Shown here: positions 57,112 through 64,000 of the stretch, one piece after another
Layout: every line of letters starts with the position of its first letter
Numbering within the stretch: position 1 is the first letter of the stretch
Assembly: GCA_963785305.1 (NCBI GenBank)
Contig: CAWAUV010000008.1
Span: forward strand, 64,001 to 128,000
Origin: an uncultured Planctomycetaceae bacterium
GTDB lineage: Bacteria > Planctomycetota > Planctomycetia > Pirellulales > PALSA-1355
DNA: 64,000 nt
Direction: 5' to 3'
Notes under the pieces: model-generated
Database searches by the model: none
Told to the model about the DNA's origin: nothing
What the model saw: the letters and a program-made list of their open reading frames with translations, nothing else
Translations under genes and position numbers: made by a program

Positions 57112-57453
57112 TGGCCCCGTGGAAAGCCGCCTGTCGAGATCGTCATCAGTTTATATACTCGTCCTCAGGTTATTATTGGGAGAGCGTCTTTTCGGAGCAG
57201 GTCGGATTGTGCGATTCCACCGTTTACAGCGGGCCGATTTCGCACCGCCGCCAGGAATTTCGCGAGTTTTTCGCCGTGATGCTTCCATGGCTCGCCGAAA
57301 AAAATCGCGCGAAGTGAATGGGGATCGCGGGGATGGTTAATCGCGGTCGTGGCGGCCTCGGTAGCGGATCCAAAGAACTTCGTCGAGCCCACGCCGCGCC
57401 GTCTCGCGTCGAGCGAGAGGGCGGCGCCGGTCAGGCATTAACACTTGGGACTG

Positions 57454-57612
57454 ATGGGGATGTCGAAAACAGAGGCCATCGATTCGCGGAAGGACGTTGC
57501 GACCGCGCTCGATCGCCATCGAGTCTGGAATATCGCTCAGGCCGTCCTGCTTTTGGCGATCGCCGGTTACTATGTCTTCACATGGCGGACGATCAATCAC
57601 GACTGTTCGCTG
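57454..57612 (+). pseudogene. N-terminal fragment of the same membrane-protein family, cut by IS copy 2
   Basis: First TM followed by WRTINHDCSL, ending at the TIR. Confidence 0.6.
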
Positions 57613-58721
57613 GTAACTGTTAAGCCGTGGCGTGGCCTGGGCGCGGGGGGGCGGTGGCGATATTGGCGGGGATCGCGGGCGAGGAATTTCCGGGGATGGG
57701 TCGCGTGGCGGATGGTTTAACTGCTATTGGTGATCGGCAGCGGCAGGGTCTTGCCTTGCAATTTAGCGCGCACGACTTCGATTCCATACCTTGCGAAGCT
57801 CAAACCGTTTTTCGCGCCGGTCGCGATCACGCTCTTGATTCGGGCGAACGCCGCCGCGCTCCATTCGGTCCGATGCGTGCCGCCATCATTCCTCGCCGCC
57901 GCCAGGCTTCGGATGTCGCGTTCGGTTCCGTTGTTGTCGGCCGGAACATTCGCATCGTCGAGAAAGGTGAACAATTCGTCCGAGTGCTTGAACAGCCGCC
58001 GCCAGATTCGCAAACATTCGCGATGCCGCACGCGCGTCTCGAGCATCAACGTGTCGAAACGGTTTTGAATCTCGTGTCGGGCCGCGTTGAAAGCTTTTTT
58101 GCCGAGCGACTTGCGCTCGTGGCCCAACCGGATCGCGTCTTGAAACAGCGTGATCAACGGCTGGATGAAGGCCCGCGCGCTCGCCGCCGGCAACGTCTCG
58201 CGCAGCTTGTGCAACTCGCGAAGCAAATGGACCAAGCAGCGCTGTTTGCGGCAGTCGAGCCCGTTGTAGACCGCATAAAAATCGCTGACCAGCGTGCCCG
58301 CGAACGATGTGCCCAACGCTCGCTCGAGCACGGCCCGATTGCGATGGCGATCGATCAGGAACAATGCCAAGCGCGGGTCTCGAAAACACCAGGCCCACGC
58401 GGGCAGTCCGTCGATCCGCCAACCGGTTTCGTCGCCTTGCACGACCGGCGAATTGCGCAAGAGTTCCCAGAGTTTGTCGACCACCGGCTCGAACAAAGCG
58501 CCGCCCCAACGCAAATGGCCGAGCAGTTTTCTTGCGCCGCTGCAAAAACTTTTGGACTTGCTGTTCGAGTTGCTCGACGCGCTTGCGCAGCGTTCCGTTC
58601 TCCGCCAGCAACCGGGCGATTTCCGCTTCCAACTCGGCGATCCGTCGATCTCGATCATCCATGATCCAATCAATGTGACCGAAAACCCAATTTCGGGAAA
58701 GAGGAAATGCTTAACAGTTAC
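57613..58721 (-). mobile_element. IS66-family element, internally deleted, copy 2 (inverted relative to copy 1)
   Basis: Same TIRs; near-identical to copy 1 (3 substitutions and 1 indel noticed by eye). Confidence 0.9.
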
Positions 58722-58744
58722 TTGCATCGGTCGCCGAATAGGTT

Positions 58745-61500
58745 TTAAGTAAACGGATCGATCCACGGATAGCGATAGGGCGGATTCGGGGGCGGCACGA
58801 TCCGCGGCGGCGGCAGCCAATAGGGCGGATTCCCGAGGGGATAGTACGATGGGAATGGAATTGTGATATTATTGGGGTCCCCAGGCTCGCCTTGTTCTGG
58901 GTTGTCCGGTGGAGACGGGATCGGGAATTCTTCGTATGACTCAGGGGCTTTCCCAAAAGGAATTGTCCGTTGCCACCAGAATGTTGGTCCTTTCTCTACC
59001 GTGTATTTACCTTTAGTTTGTCCATATTTAATTTCGATTCCTGTTTCGTTTTCCGGTAGATCCCAGGGCCTCGCAGCAGGCGTGTTATCCGTAGGAAGCG
59101 CCGATGCCAATTGCCCGATTGCGTTAGCGGGATTCGTCGATCCCTGGTTGTCCGAACGCCTTATCGGCTTACTTCCAGTAGCGCCCCTGAGCCTCCCGAT
59201 GAGCCGCTGCCGCTGCATATCGTGCCAACCGAGTCTCCGGATTGGCTCTCCAAATGCCGGCCATCGCTCGGATCCGTCGCTCGATTCACCGGCACTACCG
59301 CGTGAAACACCGGCACAACCGCGATCATCTGAAGGCCGGATGGATCAATCGCGCTCGTTACATTATTCCCGACATAGCGATTCAAATTGCTATCCCCCGC
59401 CGCGAAGCCTAGCGGGTCTTGGCTGATGAAGTCGCCGGTTGCGGGATCATACCAGCGCTCGTGGTCGTAGTACAATCCGGTGTTCGAGTCATACATTTCG
59501 CCGGCGAAGAGGAACGCCGGCTGGTTCGCCGAGTCGGTCTGGGAAACCACGTTGCCGAAGGCGTCGTAGACGATGTGGTCGATCACATCGGTGTTGCCGG
59601 TCGAGGCGTTGTACTGCACGACATCGCGGATCGAGCCAAGGTCATCGGCCAAGAGCCAATCGACGACGCCCGAGCTGGTTTCCGCCGCGAACACCTGATC
59701 GACCGCCGGGCCGTCGAGATAGCGATCGACGACCGCGCCGAGGAATTTAGCGTGAGCAGCACGTTCTCGCCGTCGTAGATGTAAAAATCGCTCGAGGTGG
59801 GCGAACTGTCGCCGGTCGGCGTGTAGCTCGTCGCCACTTGGCGGTCGAAAGCGTCGTAGCTGTAGGTCGACGTGCCGGCGGAATCGGTGACGCTCGTGAG
59901 CCGGTTGCGGTTGTCGTAGGTGTAGGTGGTGATGTTGGTCTGTGTGTCGCCATCGAGTTGGTAGCGCTCGGTGCGGTTGCCCTCGGCGTCGTATTCGTAG
60001 TAGTACGTGCCGTCGAAGACGATCTCGTTGTCGGCTCCGATCGTGTACGTGGCGCTCGAGCCCGACTCGGCGCGGCCGCCGTCCGGTTACCGTTGGCGTC
60101 GTACGTCTGCGACTGCACGGTCGAGCCGCCGCTCGCGACGCTGGTGAGTTGGTTCGAGGCGTCGTTCGTGTAATCGACCGTGCCATCGGCCGAGGAGGTA
60201 AAACTCGACACGTTGCCGGCGGCGTCGTACGTCCAGCCGTAGCTCGACAGGTCGCCGGTCCCGTCGGCGGTCGAGGGAGCGGTGTTGGCGATGCCGGTCA
60301 GGTTGCCGTCGTGGTCATAAGTGAAAGCCCGCGACGCGACCGTGACCGGCGTGCCCGAACTGTCTTGCGAGAACGTCTCGCCGGTCACGTCGCCGTCGAG
60401 GTCGTAGGAGAAGCTGACGCCCTTTTGCGTCACCGCGTCGCCGCCGGCTTGGCTGGCCTGCGAGATCGAGGTCAGCTCGCCGAGGTTGTCGTAGGAATAG
60501 ATGTTTTCCAGGTCCGGCGTGGCCGAATAGCCGGAGCCGATCGACGCGGCCAAGCTGGTGCGGTTGCCGTTGTAGTCGAACGTCTGGGTGAGCGTGACGC
60601 CCGACGTTCCGCCGACATCTTGCGTGATCGTGGTCGCGTTGCCGGCCAGGTCGTAGGCGAACGTGTCGGTGGCGGCCGGCGCGTCGGCGCTAGTCAGATG
60701 GCCATCGGCGTCGTAGGCATACGTGATCGTGGCCGTGGTCGAGCCGCCGACGGAATCTTGCCAGGTCTCTTGGGTCTCCTCGTTCAGCGAGTTGTAGCTG
60801 TAATTGGTCACGCGGCCGTCGTAGTCGACTAGCTGCGTGAGGTTGCCATTGAGGTCGTACGCCATGCTCTCGCTCACGGCCGCGTCCGTCGCCGTGGAGT
60901 TTTCATAGACATCGCGCGACTCGCTCACGACTTGGCCATCGCCGTCGTACGCGTAGCTGGTCGTGTTGCCATCGGGATCGGTCAGGCTCGTCAGGTTGTT
61001 GTCGAGATTGTAGGCGTACGACGTGGTGGCGGCGGAACTTGTGCCGTAAGCCACGGTCTGGCTGGTCTGGTCGCCGGCGGCGTTGTAGGCGTAGACGGTC
61101 TCGTTGCCGAGCGGATCGGTCTCGCTGGTCAGTTCGCCATCGAGATCGTAGCCGTAGCTGGTGGTCGGACCGCCGGCGGCGCCGGTCGACGCGTTCGGCA
61201 GGCTGACGCTCGTCTCGCGGCCCAGGTTGTCGTAGCCGTAGGTGGTGACATTGCCCAGCGGATCGGTGACGCTGGTCAATTCGCCGTCGGCGTCGTAACC
61301 GTAGTACATCACGCCCCCGCTCCCCGAGCCGCTGGCCGCCGGCTGGGTCATGCTCGTCTCCTCGCCCAGGGCGTTGTAGGTGTACGACGTGACATTGCCC
61401 AAGAGATCGGTGCTCGAAATCTCCTCGCCCACCGCGTTGTAAACCGGCCCCAGCAAGATCGAAGAATCCGAAGGATCGGCCACCTGGGCCGACGGCGAAG
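58745..61500 (-). pseudogene. 5'-truncated Rhs/YD-repeat protein with Rhs core and variable C-terminal tip; frameshifted
   Basis: Many YD repeats; DDLGSIRDV..YDAFG..AGEMYD..GLYY..RWYDPATGDFISQDPLGF..YVGNN..DPSGL; lower-GC Pro-rich tip. Confidence 0.88.
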
Positions 61501-61816
61501 CCGTGCGCCGAGATGTGAAAAGACGGCCGCCATGCCTGTTTTTACTCGCTCCAACGGAAGAATTATTCGCGGCGCCGCCCACATTTATTCCCGGAAACCC
61601 GCGGACGCCACGCCTCCCCTCGGATGGAGTTTTCGGGAGGGACAGGGGTCTTTCGGTTGGGGCGATGTTACTCGGTAGTGTCCGTCAAGATGCAGCCGAG
61701 TCGGCGGGCTGATCGCGTCGGCCGGTTTGCTGGGATTGTGTGGCCGTTTGCTCGGCTCGCGGGATCCATAGCGGTCGCCTTGACTGCCGCTATCGGTCGC
61801 CGGTGCTCGAGAAATA

Positions 61817-61856
61817 AAAAACCGCCCCGGCGAGCGAGCTCGGCGGGGCGGTTTTT
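61817..61856. terminator. Bidirectional rho-independent terminator downstream of groEL
   Basis: AAAAACCGCCCCG-N14-CGGGGCGGTTTTT. Confidence 0.8.
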
Positions 61857-61948
61857 GTCGAACTTGGATTGTCGCGCATCAGCCGGACATCGCGGCGACA
61901 ACAGACTGTCGAAATATTCAACAGGCGGCAACGCCGCATGCGAATCGA

Positions 61949-63580
<1,632 letters not shown>

Positions 63581-63725
63581 CTGCGAATTTCTCCTGCGAA
63601 GTAGAGGAAGCGTTGTATCGGAAGGCGCGACGGCGATAGGGAGCTTCGCTTGGGACCAATATCCCCGAGCGAGGCCCGGCGCCGCCAGACACCGGCAAGT
63701 TCACGGATCTCGACCAGACCGAGTC

Positions 63726-64000
63726 TCAACCCTCGATCACGGCCAGAATATCGTCTTCACGCATCAGCAGCAGCTCTTCGTCGTTGAGCTTCACGGAGTC
63801 GGGCGCGTAGGAGGTGAAGAGCACCTTGTCGCCGACCTTGACTTGCAACTTCGAGCGGCCGCCGTCGTCGAGCAGGCGCCCATCGCCCACGGCGATCACG
63901 GTGCCGCGAGAAGGCTTGTCCTTGGCGCTCTCCGGCAGCACGATGCCGCCCGCGGTGCGCTCCAGCGCTTCTTCCCGCTCGACCACCACGCGGTCCCCCA
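63726..64000 (-). CDS. groES: Co-chaperonin GroES (start lies beyond the window edge)
   Basis: [39 protein letters not shown]. Confidence 0.97.
   Translation of the reverse strand, partial: GDRVVVEREEALERTAGGIVLPESAKDKPSRGTVIAVGDGRLLDDGGRSKLQVKVGDKVLFTSYAPDSVKLNDEELLLMREDDILAVIEG

Noticed and set aside
57110..57317. Short ORF MAPWKAACRD.. within the IS cargo
   Set aside because: No recognisable motif or ribosome-binding site; cannot be supported.
54445..58729. Classical composite transposon with outer target duplication
   Set aside because: Outer 8-mers CGCGGGTG and TTGCATCG do not match, and neither copy has its own duplication.

Overview
High-GC bacterial chromosomal DNA, almost certainly from a planctomycete (Pirellulales-like). 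The assignment rests on the PV-type microcompartment locus and the DUF1570, TIGR03790, sulfatase and membrane Ser/Thr kinase genes. About 17 genes are broken by small frameshifts, including ilvD, pduL and an ABC permease, so the sequence probably carries long-read indel errors; such genes are reported here as merged CDSs. Main content: (i) housekeeping and envelope genes (1-16 kb); (ii) a complete 12-gene PVM-type bacterial microcompartment operon (16.9-26 kb, minus strand); (iii) an HDAC-family gene and an Opp/Dpp-type ABC importer (27-34.7 kb); (iv) an 8-gene Tad/Flp-like pilin cluster (35.7-42.7 kb), with a divergent secretin-like gene 6 kb downstream (49-50.2 kb); (v) an accessory island between csbD and groEL (about 54-61.5 kb) where two inverted, internally deleted IS66-like elements bracket a membrane-protein gene whose N- and C-terminal parts are in swapped order, flanked by Rhs fragments; (vi) groEL and a partial groES. 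The most notable observations are the IS-bracketed permuted gene, whose two inner junctions fall at the same codon position, and the cryptic secretin near the Tad-like cluster.
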